A model generated the notes under the pieces. That model had not been told where the DNA came from. It did not search any database and saw only the letters and a program-made list of their open reading frames with translations. Positions 28,941 through 39,080 of a DNA stretch of 64,000 nucleotides are shown piece after piece. The DNA comes from Deltaproteobacteria bacterium (GTDB lineage: Bacteria > Myxococcota > Kuafuiibacteriia > Kuafuiibacteriales > Kuafuiibacteriaceae), in assembly GCA_040218735.1 (NCBI GenBank), contig JAVJQW010000043.1:368780-432779 (forward strand), given 5' to 3'. The stretch's first letter is position 1, and each line of letters opens with the position of its first letter. The position numbers and the translations under genes were made by a program.

Positions 28941-29579
28941 ATGGAAGACATCCTCGCGTTCGTCCAGAGCAGCCCGGGCGGCTGGGGGCTGTTCGCCGTG
29001 TTCGCGGCGGCGGCGCTCGAGTACTTGATGCCGCCGCTCCCCGCGGACACCGTCGTGCTCGCGGGCTCGCTGTTCGTCGTCGCAGGGGTGCACTCGTTTC
29101 TGCTCGTCGACACCGTGGCCATCGCGGGTGGGGCCCTCGGGGCGGCGGTTCACTTCGGCATCGGGCACAAATTCGCCAAGCCCGACGGTTCTGTCCGCGG
29201 TGGGCGCTACGTGGAGATGCTCGTGGGCGAGGGGCGTCTGGAGAAGTTCTTCGAGGTGTTCCGGAAGCGCGGCATGTGGGTGATCGCGGTCAATCGCGCG
29301 CTCCCGGGGATCCGCGCCGTCACGTTCTTCGCCGCGGGCGCCGCGCGGCTGCCCTTTACGCGCACGATGGCCTTCGGCCTCATCTCCAACGTGGTGTGGT
29401 CCACCGCCATCCTGAGCCTCGGCGTCGCCCTGGGCGGGAACTGGGAGAAGATCGAGGCCGCGTTTGGCGTCTACAAGACGGTGGTGTACGGAGTCTTCGG
29501 GACGGCGCTCGCCCTCTACGTGGCCTACCGCCTCTACCAACGCACCCGCCGCAAACCACCGCAGGAGCCCCAAGCATGA
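28941..29579 (+). CDS. DedA family membrane protein
   Basis: 'LEYLMPPLPADTVVL', 'RALPGIR', 'AG' motif. Confidence 0.88.
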   Translation: MEDILAFVQSSPGGWGLFAVFAAAALEYLMPPLPADTVVLAGSLFVVAGVHSFLLVDTVAIAGGALGAAVHFGIGHKFAKPDGSVRGGRYVEMLVGEGRLEKFFEVFRKRGMWVIAVNRALPGIRAVTFFAAGAARLPFTRTMAFGLISNVVWSTAILSLGVALGGNWEKIEAAFGVYKTVVYGVFGTALALYVAYRLYQRTRRKPPQEPQA

Positions 29580-31060
29580 TGCGCCGACCGCTGATCTTCG
29601 CCCTCGCCGCCGCGCTGTTCACCACGGCGGCGCCCGTCGCCGCCAAGCCCAAGGCCCCGAAGCTCGATCGCGAGGTCTGGTACGGGTTCGAGTTCCTCGG
29701 GAACAAGGTCGGCTACATGGTCGCGCGCGACGAGGGCACGCTGCTGAACGACCAACCCGCGTATCACCTGAACCGGCACACCGTCGTCACCGTGAAGCGT
29801 AAGGCGGAGGTCATCAACGTCGAGTCGTCGACGGACCTGTGGGTCACCCCTGACCTCACGCCGCTGCGGTTCAAGAACGAGCGCCGCGAGGGGAGCGAAG
29901 TGCGCACCGTCGAGGGCTACCGGGACGGGACGTCGTTCGTGATTCGTCGCGCGCTCGGCGGCAACCTCGAGGAGCGCCGCATCCCGATGAAGGGCCTCCG
30001 CCTCGCGATGTCGCTGGACCTGCTGCTGTACCGCGGCCTTTCGAAGGGCAAGAAGTGGACGGGGCGTGCGCTCGGGGAAGAGGACGGTGACGTCCACGAC
30101 TACGAGGTCGAGGTCACGGAGGCGAAGGGGAAGGGCAAGGCGCAGCGCTTCGTCGTGAAGTCGCGCGTCGGGAAGCTCGCGACGCTCTCCGTGGTGGAGC
30201 CGGACGGGACGATCGAGACGACCGAGGTCGTGGGGATCGGTGCGAAGTACACGAAGATGCCGCGCGACGAGGCCGTGAACCTCACCGCGGAGCTCGACGT
30301 GTTCAGCCGCGGTCTCTTCGAGTCGCCGGTACCGCTGCCGCCGGGACACCAGCTCGACAGGATCACCGTCGAGCTCAAGACGAAGTCCGGGCAGCCCCCG
30401 CGTTACAAGGCGGATCGTCGTCAGAAGGTGAAGCGGAAGCGGAAGAAGAGCGTGACGCTGGAGCTGTCGACGGACCGGGCGCCGAAGAAGGCGCCTCGCC
30501 TCCCGATCCAGAACAAGAAGGTGAAGGAGTTCCTGAAGGAGACGCCGTACGAGCCGCTCCTAGACGAGCGCCTCGTCGCGACCGCGCAGCGCGTAGTGGG
30601 CGCGGAGAAGGACGCGTGGGCGGCGGCGCGGGCGATCAACGCGTTTGTGTTCCGCCACATCCAGAACAAGTCACTCGCGCGCGCGTACGCGACGGCGCCC
30701 GAGGCGCTCGCGACGCGCGAGGGCGACTGCACGGAGCACGCGACGCTGTTCTCGGCGCTCGCGAAGATCGTCGGGATCCCGACTCGCCACGCGACGGGGC
30801 TGGTCTACGTCGGCCAGAAGGACAACGTCTTCGGGTACCACGAGTGGGTGGAGGTCTGGATGGGGTCCGGCGGGTGGGTCGCGATGGATCCCACGTTCGG
30901 TCAGGACATCGCCGACGCCACGCACATCAAGTTCGCGCAGGGGCAGACGGACAGCGAGGGGCTGCAGGAGGCCGGGATCACGGCGGCGGCGGTGATCGGG
31001 GATCTCGATTTGTCCGTCTTGGAGTACGTTACGGTCGACGGAGCCAAGAAGAAGATTTGA
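29576..31060 (+). CDS. exported transglutaminase-like domain protein
   Basis: Signal peptide; triad 'GDCTEHA', 'YHEWVEV', 'MDPTF'. Confidence 0.88.
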   Translation: MMRRPLIFALAAALFTTAAPVAAKPKAPKLDREVWYGFEFLGNKVGYMVARDEGTLLNDQPAYHLNRHTVVTVKRKAEVINVESSTDLWVTPDLTPLRFKNERREGSEVRTVEGYRDGTSFVIRRALGGNLEERRIPMKGLRLAMSLDLLLYRGLSKGKKWTGRALGEEDGDVHDYEVEVTEAKGKGKAQRFVVKSRVGKLATLSVVEPDGTIETTEVVGIGAKYTKMPRDEAVNLTAELDVFSRGLFESPVPLPPGHQLDRITVELKTKSGQPPRYKADRRQKVKRKRKKSVTLELSTDRAPKKAPRLPIQNKKVKEFLKETPYEPLLDERLVATAQRVVGAEKDAWAAARAINAFVFRHIQNKSLARAYATAPEALATREGDCTEHATLFSALAKIVGIPTRHATGLVYVGQKDNVFGYHEWVEVWMGSGGWVAMDPTFGQDIADATHIKFAQGQTDSEGLQEAGITAAAVIGDLDLSVLEYVTVDGAKKKI

Positions 31061-31743
31061 CCCCGACCAAGTACGTCTCGTTCGTTGTCCTCGCGGATCA
31101 GCTGCACCACCTCCCCGTCGTTCTCCGCGCGGCGTTCGAGCATCCGTGGATCGGGAGCTTCCAGGTCGGCTTTGGCCCCCCGCTGCTCCAGAGCTCCGCC
31201 CGCCTGAAGGATCGCCTGCAGGGCGTGGTGGGCGCCCTCGACAAACTCGAAGCCTACTTGGCGGTCTGTGTCCTGGACGCCGCGGAGCGTGAGCGCCTCG
31301 CCGTGCAGCACCGACGGATCCTCGTCCGACGTCACGGCCCGTTGGAGGCCGAGGCGGTGAATCGAGCGAGCGCCGACGTCCTCGACCTGATGCTCCGCCT
31401 ACGCTCTCCGCTCGACGCGCCGCCCGACGTGCGTGCGTCGATGGACGCCTACGACGTGGACCCCGCCTGGGTCCCCGACGACGCGGCGCCGGATCTGTTG
31501 TCGGGGCGCTTCCTCGTCCACCTCTCCGACCCGCGCAACGAGCGCCTCCTGTACGCCGACGCGGTCCGGTCCGTCTGTGACCCCGACACCGCGCTCGCGG
31601 TCGACCTCCGCGTCCCCGCCGTGTTGCGCCCGCTGTGGGCCGCGTGGGGCCGCCACTTCGCGAAGCAGACCGGTTACCGCGTCGTCGACCTCGGCGAGCC
31701 CCCCGCGCACGCGCGGGTGCTGAGGGACGGCACGAGGTCGTAG
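31057..31743 (+). CDS. hypothetical protein
   Basis: TTG start overlapping upstream TGA; host-like codon usage. Confidence 0.55.
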   Translation: MTPTKYVSFVVLADQLHHLPVVLRAAFEHPWIGSFQVGFGPPLLQSSARLKDRLQGVVGALDKLEAYLAVCVLDAAERERLAVQHRRILVRRHGPLEAEAVNRASADVLDLMLRLRSPLDAPPDVRASMDAYDVDPAWVPDDAAPDLLSGRFLVHLSDPRNERLLYADAVRSVCDPDTALAVDLRVPAVLRPLWAAWGRHFAKQTGYRVVDLGEPPAHARVLRDGTRS

Positions 31744-31762
31744 CTCCAAGGGCGAGTCGGGC

Positions 31763-34700
31763 CTAACTGCCCAGGTCGAGTTCGACGGTGTGGTGGTGGT
31801 CGAGCTCGTCGACCGCTTCGTCGTCTTCGCTGTAGCGGACGACGTAGACCGGCGCCATCGCGTCGGGGTCCTTCTTCTCGATGCCGCGGAAGACGGCGCC
31901 CTCGGGGAGGCGGACCATCGCGCCGCCGAGGCCGCCGAGGACCGTGCGGCCGTCGGCGTCGCGGCCGATGGCGATGGGGTCGACGGCGCCGCGCGACGGC
32001 GCGAACTGCGAGCTGATCGCGTCGACCTGAACCATCGCCTCTGGAAGGCGCCGGTTCGCCCAGGCTCGAGCGCCGTCGCCGACGGCGTGGAGCCGACCGC
32101 CGGACTTCTCGATCGCGACGACGACGTTCGGCTCCGGCCACAGGTAGTGGCAGGGCGCGTCGGTCGGGGCGTCGAACACGTCGGCGCTTTCGACGTCGCC
32201 GTCTCGGTAGGCCGTGAGCTGGCCGTCCTTCGCGACGAGCACCGACATCGGCATCGACACTTCCTTCTGCGCGATGAGGAACATGTCGGCGTCCTCCGGC
32301 TGGACCTGTTCGGGCACCGACGGCGGCGACCACCGGGACGCGACGACCTCGCCGCCCGCTCGACGCTCGCCGACCTCGAGCTTCTTCTTCGTGAGCCGAA
32401 CGGGGAGGGCCCACGCGTCTTCGCCTTCGCCGCCGCGCAGGAGCACGTCGAAGTCACCCGGCGGCACGCCGAGGAAGGTGACCTTCTCGGGGAACGTGTC
32501 GACGGGCAGCTTGAACGAGCGGCCGATGCGGGTGTCGACCGCGCGCACCTGTCCGTTCGGGAGCTGGAACAGATAGACGGCGGGGACGCGCCGCGTCGAA
32601 GTGGGCGGCGGGTGCACGCGCCCGGGGTGGTTCATGAAGAACGTCATCCACTCGTCGTGCGGCGCGCGGCGGGCTGGCCCGTAGAGGTCCGGTGGGCGCA
32701 ACCTGTGTTGCGGCGCGCGGGACAGCGGCTCCACCTCGTCGCCGCCGGTCTTTCGCCAGAAGTCGACGATCTCGTGGTGGACGTCCGTGAGCGGCACCAT
32801 GCGGGGCGCGCCGTCGGTCGGGAGCTCCTGCGCGCAGGCGAGGAGGAGCAACGCGCGCGTCAAACCGATCTGCTCCTTCGAGAGTTGCTCGTGACCGTCA
32901 CCGGAGAAGTTGAGCGGCCGGAACCAGTTGAAGACGTCGACGTCGCCGTTGAACGCCTGGATGTGGTCGGTGTCGCCTTCGATCGCCGCGGAGGATCCGC
33001 TCGCGAGCATCCCCTCGAAGCCCTGGAGGTTGAAGCCGTTCACCGAGCGCTTGCCGGTGCAGGGGAAGAGCAGGTCGACCAGCTTGACCGTCTCGCGCAC
33101 CCGCTCGCTCACCGCGAGGCCGGCGCCCTCGGCGCGCTCGCGCTTGGCGTCGTCCTTGTCCACCACGGTGACGTCGTACGCGAGGTCCTCGGCGAGGCGC
33201 TTCGACAGCTCGAGCCCCACCGTGCCGCCGCTGACCACGCCGACGCGCTCGAGCGCGTCGACCTTGCCGCGGTGGTGCAGCTCCATGAGGAGCGCCTTGG
33301 CGAGATCCCACGCGATGATCCCGCCCTCCGCGATCTTCCCGGGTGCGTTTGCGACGGTGACGATGAAGTGCGTGAGCGCCTCCTCGTTCAGGAGGAGCTC
33401 GGTCAGCCCGCGCGTCGTCTGCTCCACGCCGTGCACCGGCTGCCCGCCGAACGCCGCCTCGATCGACGCGCGGATGTCCGGCGCGCTCCCGAACGGCGAG
33501 TCGACCTCCTTCAGACCGCTGAGCAGCCCGTTGAGGAGCCCGCCGTCGTCGAGCGCGATCCACCCCTCCTTCGGCTTGCGCCCGAGCACCGAGACGGAGC
33601 CGAGGAACGCGAGGACTTCGTGCAGACGCAGCGCTTCGAAGCTGCGGGTCGAGCCCGCGTCGTCGCCCGAGCGTTCGAGGTGGTAGCCCTTGAGCCGACC
33701 GTAGGTCGCGACCAGCGGGTTCGACGCGTACTTCGTGCCGAGGACGTGCACGTCCCGCGCGCTCATGCCGCGCCGCTCGAACGCTTCGAGGAGCGGGATG
33801 AACGTCGGGAACATGTGCTGGATCGCGATGAGGCCCCGCCCCGCGAAGCGCCCCTCAGGGATGTACTCGAGCGCCTTGTCGATCGCCGGCACGCGCTTGG
33901 GGATGAGCGCGTCGTGGCGCACCAATCGATCCACGAGCGGGAGCGCGTGCCGCGGCCCCATCATCACGCCGAGCGCCTCGACGATCTGCGCCATGAAGTC
34001 GAAGTTCGGCCGCTCGGGGACCGGCCGCTGCGCGCCGTCGATCAGCTGCTTTGCGATCGATTCACCGACCTCCCCGTACGTCTGCGCGAACAGCTCGAGG
34101 TTGATGCCGGTCGGATCGTGCGGGTCCTTGAAGGCGTCGAGCAGGCGGAGCAGTCGGGCGACGAGCGCCGCGCGGCGCGGGCCCGTGTACTGCTGCCGGC
34201 CGCGCGTCCGGAGCGCCGCGCTGAGCGGCGACTTCGGGTTGTCGGTGATCTCTTTGGCCAGCGCAGTGATGAGCGGCGTCGCGCCGTAGGTGAGCCCGAA
34301 CAGGACGTTGTCGAAGCGCACCGACGAAGCCTCGGGCCCGAGGCGTTTCACCTCCGCGACCGCCGCCGTCGGGGCGGGCGGGAGGGAGGCTTCGAGCGAG
34401 GCCGAGCGCCGGACGACGAACGCCGCGTCGGGCGCGAGCTTCCGCAAGACAGCCTGCATGGCCGCGAGCTCTTCCGCGCCCGCCGGGATGTTCCGCGTGC
34501 GTTGATCGATCGCCGAGATCGTCGCCGCGACCAGCGCGCCGGGTTGGCCGTACTGGGTGAGCGCGTCGAACGGCACCTCGTCGCGGAGGTGCACGTCGTC
34601 GGGGCCGTCGTCGACGAGGAGCGTGAACAGCCCGGCGATCAACGCGTCCGGAGTCGGCTTGGTCCCGCGCGGGAGGACGACCTTCAGGTCGTGGGCGAGG

Positions 34701-34867
34701 TCGCTGTCACCGTCGGCGATCTGCTGGAGGATCCCGCCGAGGTAGTCGCGGCCGTGGGTCGCGATCTCCAGGAGGCGCTCGTAGCGGAGCCGGCTGTCCG
34801 TGAGGAGGCGGACCGCGCTCGCGACGGTCGTGCCGATCGTCGGCGTGGGATCGATCCGAACGGCCAC
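31763..34867 (-). CDS. large protein with a central adenosylhomocysteinase-like domain
   Basis: 'LIAIQHMF', 'TKYAS', 'IALDDGG', 'GVEQTTRG', 'VANAPGK..EG', Rossmann-like 'VGVVSGGTVG..VVDKD'; start uncertain. Confidence 0.7.
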   Translation of the reverse strand: MAVRIDPTPTIGTTVASAVRLLTDSRLRYERLLEIATHGRDYLGGILQQIADGDSDLAHDLKVVLPRGTKPTPDALIAGLFTLLVDDGPDDVHLRDEVPFDALTQYGQPGALVAATISAIDQRTRNIPAGAEELAAMQAVLRKLAPDAAFVVRRSASLEASLPPAPTAAVAEVKRLGPEASSVRFDNVLFGLTYGATPLITALAKEITDNPKSPLSAALRTRGRQQYTGPRRAALVARLLRLLDAFKDPHDPTGINLELFAQTYGEVGESIAKQLIDGAQRPVPERPNFDFMAQIVEALGVMMGPRHALPLVDRLVRHDALIPKRVPAIDKALEYIPEGRFAGRGLIAIQHMFPTFIPLLEAFERRGMSARDVHVLGTKYASNPLVATYGRLKGYHLERSGDDAGSTRSFEALRLHEVLAFLGSVSVLGRKPKEGWIALDDGGLLNGLLSGLKEVDSPFGSAPDIRASIEAAFGGQPVHGVEQTTRGLTELLLNEEALTHFIVTVANAPGKIAEGGIIAWDLAKALLMELHHRGKVDALERVGVVSGGTVGLELSKRLAEDLAYDVTVVDKDDAKRERAEGAGLAVSERVRETVKLVDLLFPCTGKRSVNGFNLQGFEGMLASGSSAAIEGDTDHIQAFNGDVDVFNWFRPLNFSGDGHEQLSKEQIGLTRALLLLACAQELPTDGAPRMVPLTDVHHEIVDFWRKTGGDEVEPLSRAPQHRLRPPDLYGPARRAPHDEWMTFFMNHPGRVHPPPTSTRRVPAVYLFQLPNGQVRAVDTRIGRSFKLPVDTFPEKVTFLGVPPGDFDVLLRGGEGEDAWALPVRLTKKKLEVGERRAGGEVVASRWSPPSVPEQVQPEDADMFLIAQKEVSMPMSVLVAKDGQLTAYRDGDVESADVFDAPTDAPCHYLWPEPNVVVAIEKSGGRLHAVGDGARAWANRRLPEAMVQVDAISSQFAPSRGAVDPIAIGRDADGRTVLGGLGGAMVRLPEGAVFRGIEKKDPDAMAPVYVVRYSEDDEAVDELDHHHTVELDLGS

Positions 34868-34964
34868 CTTGCGCCGAATCTGTCCCGGTCGTCGCTCGCA
34901 GGACAAGCGATCGAGCATCGTCGGGCTCCGTGCCGTCCTGGTCGATGCGTAGTAGCTTCGGTTC

Positions 34965-36209
34965 GTGCCGAGCTGGTGGTCGAAGCTGAAAGCTCTCTTC
35001 GGTGTCTCACCGGAGCGCCCTACGGAGCGACCGGCCGCGGAGCCCGCGCAGTGGCTCGACGCGGACGCCCCCGGCAACCCGTTCGACGTCCCGATCCTCG
35101 ACCTCATGCTGACGCAGACCCTCGTCGCGACGTCCACGGATCCGCAGGTCGCGGCCCGGTCCGTGTCGTGGTCGGGGCGAACCGGGGAGGACCTCGAGCC
35201 GGGACCCCTCCTCGAGCGTCCCGCGATCGACTGCGACCTGTCCTACGCTGCGGCCCGTAGCCTGCCGGAAGGCCTGCTTCACACGCCGTCATCGATGGAC
35301 GAGAAGTGGGTCCTCGCTTGGCGCGGCGGCCGAATCTTCGTCGTCCAAAGCTGGTCGGGCGAGGTCGAGGCGATCGCGGACGCGACCCATGTCGACGAGA
35401 CACTCACCATCCACAAGCTGAGGCTCGCGGAGTCGACGCCGTTGGCTTCGGGGGATCCCGTGTCGGTCGTCGACTGGCTGATCCGAAGCACCGCGCTGCA
35501 ACAGAAGTTGCCGTTTCCGGCGGACGACGCGACGGCGGGGCTCTTCGAGTCGGTCCCCTTCACCGCGTTCACGTTCTTCGGGAACGTCATCTTCTGCGCG
35601 GCGCGGAGCTGGAACCCGCCCCCCGTCGAGCGCCCCCTGCGCAGCGACGGACGCCTGGTGCGCGCCGTCCAGTCCGGGGACCTCGACGCCGTGAACGCTG
35701 CGCTCGGTGAAGACGTCGACAGTCCGAGCACGTTCGAAGGTTACACGCCGCTGCACATCGCCATCGTGAAGGGAAGCCTGCCGCTCATCGCGCGCCTCCT
35801 CGAGGCGGGCGCGGATGTCCACCGCCGCGCCGACGGCGGGATGTTCGCGCTCGGCATCGCGATCGTGCACGGTCACGACGAAGCCGTCCTCGACGCGCTC
35901 GCCGCGGCGGGGGCGGAGCTCGACGCGACGAACGACGATGGCTTCGGTGCGCTGCACGCTGCCTGTGAAGTCGGTCGCGTCGACGCGATCGAGTGGCTCC
36001 TCGAACGAGGCGCCGACATCGAAGCCCGTACGAACCGCGGCTTCGCGCCGCTGCACATCGCGGGCGCGCTCGGTCACCTCGACGCCGCAAAGGCGCTGGT
36101 GAGCCGCGGTGCCGATCGTGGCGCGGTGTCTACGGACAACAAGGACGTCATCGCCCTCGCACGCGAGGAGGGCCAGACCGAAGTCGTCGCGTGGCTCGAG
36201 GAGATGTGA
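34965..36209 (+). CDS. ankyrin-repeat protein with unknown N-terminal domain
   Basis: 'GYTPLHIA..LLEAGADV', 'GFGALHAA', 'GFAPLHIA'. Confidence 0.88.
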   Translation: MPSWWSKLKALFGVSPERPTERPAAEPAQWLDADAPGNPFDVPILDLMLTQTLVATSTDPQVAARSVSWSGRTGEDLEPGPLLERPAIDCDLSYAAARSLPEGLLHTPSSMDEKWVLAWRGGRIFVVQSWSGEVEAIADATHVDETLTIHKLRLAESTPLASGDPVSVVDWLIRSTALQQKLPFPADDATAGLFESVPFTAFTFFGNVIFCAARSWNPPPVERPLRSDGRLVRAVQSGDLDAVNAALGEDVDSPSTFEGYTPLHIAIVKGSLPLIARLLEAGADVHRRADGGMFALGIAIVHGHDEAVLDALAAAGAELDATNDDGFGALHAACEVGRVDAIEWLLERGADIEARTNRGFAPLHIAGALGHLDAAKALVSRGADRGAVSTDNKDVIALAREEGQTEVVAWLEEM

Positions 36210-37142
36210 TCAGAGGAGCACGCGGACGGCGCTCTGACCCCGCAGCTCCTCGAGCCAGACCTTGGTCTGCTCCTCGACGCGCCGCTGATACATCTCCTGA
36301 TAGATCCGATCCCGAAGCTCCGCGTAGGAGTTCGGCTTCTTGAAGCGCCGCCCCACCAGGTAGACCACGTGCACGCCATTGGCGGTGTCGATCGGGTTGG
36401 TGATCGTGCCCGGCTCCACGCCCTCGAGCGCCACCTTCAGCTCCGGGAGGAGCTGCTTGCCGGACAGCTCACCGAGGTCGCCGCCGTTGTTGCGCGTGGG
36501 CCCCTCCGACAGCTCCTTCGCGACCGCCTCGAAGTCCCCGCTCAGCGCCTGCTTGCGCGCGGCGACGGCCTTGTCGCGGATCGCCGCCTTCTCGGCCTCC
36601 GTCGCGTTCTCACCCCACTTGAAGAAGATGTGCCGGATGTGAACGAGCTCCTCCTGCTCATCGTCCTTCGTGCGCTGGTCGTACTCGGCCTTGATGTCGG
36701 CCTCCGGGATGACCACGCGCGAGCGCACCTTCATGTCGATCAGCTTCAGCCGCACGAGCTGCGACTTGAGGTCCTCGCGGTACTGCCCCATCGACATCCC
36801 GCGCGACTCGATCGCCTGCTTCAGCTGCTCCTCCGAGATGCGGTTCTGGCGGAGGATGTCCTTCACCGCGCGCGAGACCTCCTCGTCCGAGACGGTGATC
36901 TTCGCCTGTTTGATCTCCTGCGCGAGGAGCCGCTCGGAGATGAGCTGGTCGAGGATGTCCTTGAAGAGGAGCTTCTTCCGCTCTTCACCCTCGTTGTGCT
37001 GCATGTACGGCTTCGCCGACGCCTCGACCTCGGAGAGCGTGATGACCTCGTCGTTCACGACGGCCACGATGCGGTCCAAGAGCTCGCGGTCGCTCGGCGC
37101 ACCCACGGCGAGGGTCGCCACCAACATCGTCGTCCACATCAC
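36210..37142 (-). CDS. surA: SurA-like peptidyl-prolyl isomerase/chaperone
   Basis: 'DRIVAVVNDEVITLSEV'; parvulin motif 'FEAVAKELSEG..GGDLG'. Confidence 0.85.
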   Translation of the reverse strand: MMWTTMLVATLAVGAPSDRELLDRIVAVVNDEVITLSEVEASAKPYMQHNEGEERKKLLFKDILDQLISERLLAQEIKQAKITVSDEEVSRAVKDILRQNRISEEQLKQAIESRGMSMGQYREDLKSQLVRLKLIDMKVRSRVVIPEADIKAEYDQRTKDDEQEELVHIRHIFFKWGENATEAEKAAIRDKAVAARKQALSGDFEAVAKELSEGPTRNNGGDLGELSGKQLLPELKVALEGVEPGTITNPIDTANGVHVVYLVGRRFKKPNSYAELRDRIYQEMYQRRVEEQTKVWLEELRGQSAVRVLL

Positions 37143-37143
37143 G

Positions 37144-38121
37144 TCACTCCTCGTCCGCTTCGTCGAGCGGCTCGGCGTCGAGGTACCGAATCTGGACCTT
37201 CCCGCGCAACCGTTCCTTGTAGGCCTTCTTGGCCGCGCGCTCCGCCTCCACGCGCATCGTCCGCTTGAGGCGAGGGGCTGCCTCCTCGAACGTCAGGGGC
37301 CGCTCCGGCTCCCGCTCCAGGAGCTGGCAGATGTGAAAGCCGAGCTCCGACGCCATCACCGGCGAGATCTCCTCCGGCTGCAGCGGGAAGCAGCTCTCGT
37401 CGAACACCTCCGGCATCTGCCCGCGCTGGAACCACCCGACCTCGCCGCCGCGCCTCGCCTCCGGCCCGATGCTCACGCGCTCGGCCATCTCGGCGAAGTC
37501 CTTCTTCCGCCAGGTGAGGTCCTTGTGGATCGCCTGCGCGTCCTCCTCGGTCGTCACCATGATCTGGCGCGCGCGCACGCGCTCCGGTCGCATGCGCTCC
37601 TCCGGAGGCATCGATTCGAACCGCGCCTTCACCGCCTCCATCGAAGGTTCGACGTCCTTCATCGCCTCGCGCTTCAACAGCTCGATCTCGGTGAGCTGGC
37701 GCTCGATCGCCCCCACGAACTCGGCCTCCGTCTGGAAGTTCTCGATCAGCGCCCGCCGGAACTCGTCCGCGCTCCGCCCCTCGCGGAACGCCTCCAGCTC
37801 TCGCGCCACCGCCGTCGTGGTCGTCTTCACGTTCAGGCGCTCCGCCTCCATGGCCAACAGGCGGGTGTCGATCATCGACTCGATCGTGTGTTTGCGGAGT
37901 GACTTCGGGAGCTCCTTCGCGCGCAGCGACCCCTCGCGTTCGAAGCGCTTCCGCGCCAGCGCGAGGTTGATGTCACCCACCGTGATCTTCGCGAGCGGGT
38001 GGTCGAGCGGCGTGCCTTCGGGATCCGTGAAGACGATCGCGACGCGGTCCTCCGCGGAGATGGGTTTTTTCGCCGGGCACCCCGCGAGCAGGAGCACGAG
38101 CGGCCAGAGCGCACGTCTCAC
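37144..38121 (-). CDS. PpiC-type peptidyl-prolyl isomerase lipoprotein
   Basis: Lipobox 'LAGC'; 'VRARQI', 'GGEVGWF..MPEVF', 'GFHI'. Confidence 0.88.
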   Translation of the reverse strand: MRRALWPLVLLLAGCPAKKPISAEDRVAIVFTDPEGTPLDHPLAKITVGDINLALARKRFEREGSLRAKELPKSLRKHTIESMIDTRLLAMEAERLNVKTTTTAVARELEAFREGRSADEFRRALIENFQTEAEFVGAIERQLTEIELLKREAMKDVEPSMEAVKARFESMPPEERMRPERVRARQIMVTTEEDAQAIHKDLTWRKKDFAEMAERVSIGPEARRGGEVGWFQRGQMPEVFDESCFPLQPEEISPVMASELGFHICQLLEREPERPLTFEEAAPRLKRTMRVEAERAAKKAYKERLRGKVQIRYLDAEPLDEADEE

Positions 38122-39080
38122 GGCGCGGCCTTCTCCTTGGGCTCGAGCTGAATCTTCGAGAACGCGTCCTCGTTCACCACCACGCTGCGCTTTTTCATCA
38201 GCTCGTCGATGAACTTGTCGAACGCCGCTTCGCGCTTCTCGGCGATGATCTGCCCGCGGAGCTGCGACTTCACCTGCTCGAGTGAACGGTGCACGGCGCG
38301 CCGCAGTCCGGTCTTCTTGAACAGCACCACGGCGTTCGGCGCGTCGGCGACGACGAGGTCCCCGATCGTCGCGTCCTCGAAGAGGGTCTTCGCGACCTCC
38401 TCGCCGTAGCGCTCCGTGAGCTGCTCGCGGTCGAGGAACTGGAGGTCGCCGCCCCCGTTCTTCGTGGCGTCGTCCTGCGAGTGCTGCCGCGCGAGGCGGC
38501 CGAACGCGGTCTGGTCGTTCTTCCGCTGCGCGCTGAGGACTTCGCTCTTCACGCGCGCGAGGAGCTTCTTCGCCGCGGCGCGCTCGCCGTCGGACTCCAC
38601 GTAGCGGACGATCTGGGAGAGGCGGATGCGCTCGGGTTTGTTGAGCTCCTTCTCCTTCTGTTTGTACATGATGGCGAGGTCGCCGTCGGTCGCCTCCAGG
38701 GCGTCCCCGAGCTGCGCGATGTGGTCGTTCATCACGCGCTGGACGATCAGACGCTTCAGCTCTGCCTTGATCTGCGGGTCGTCGTACAGCTTCTGGCTCC
38801 AACCTTCTTGGGCGAGCAGCTCCATCCGGACCTCGCCCTCGACGTACTTCTCGAGCTGGCTCGGATCCTTGAGCTGCATCCGCCGGAAGGGGCTCTGCTT
38901 GTACAGGCGCTTCTCCAGCTCCGCGGTGGTCAGGGTGACGGGGCCGATCTGGGCGACGACCTCGCCCTCGGCCACCACCTCGGGGGCGGGGTAGGGCTTG
39001 TCGGTGTCACCCGCCTTCTTCTCGGCCTGTGGGCAGGCCCCCAGGAAGAGGGCCATCAGCGGCAGCAGTCCACGACGCAT
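38118..39080 (-). CDS. PpiC-type peptidyl-prolyl isomerase lipoprotein
   Basis: Lipobox 'LGAC'; 'FGRLARQHSQD..GGDL'. Confidence 0.85.
   Translation of the reverse strand: MRRGLLPLMALFLGACPQAEKKAGDTDKPYPAPEVVAEGEVVAQIGPVTLTTAELEKRLYKQSPFRRMQLKDPSQLEKYVEGEVRMELLAQEGWSQKLYDDPQIKAELKRLIVQRVMNDHIAQLGDALEATDGDLAIMYKQKEKELNKPERIRLSQIVRYVESDGERAAAKKLLARVKSEVLSAQRKNDQTAFGRLARQHSQDDATKNGGGDLQFLDREQLTERYGEEVAKTLFEDATIGDLVVADAPNAVVLFKKTGLRRAVHRSLEQVKSQLRGQIIAEKREAAFDKFIDELMKKRSVVVNEDAFSKIQLEPKEKAAP

Noticed and set aside
27836-29575. Apparent 1074-aa transglutaminase fusion
   Set aside because: The N-terminal part is an Arg-rich off-frame overlap of rqcH and dedA; the real start with a signal peptide is at 29576
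31790-35260. 1156-aa plus-strand ORF and many other long antisense or alternative-frame ORFs
   Set aside because: Typical high-GC shadow ORFs opposite genes with recognisable motifs
36210-39080. Three tandem parvulin/SurA genes as a novel system
   Set aside because: This arrangement is familiar in deltaproteobacteria and myxobacteria
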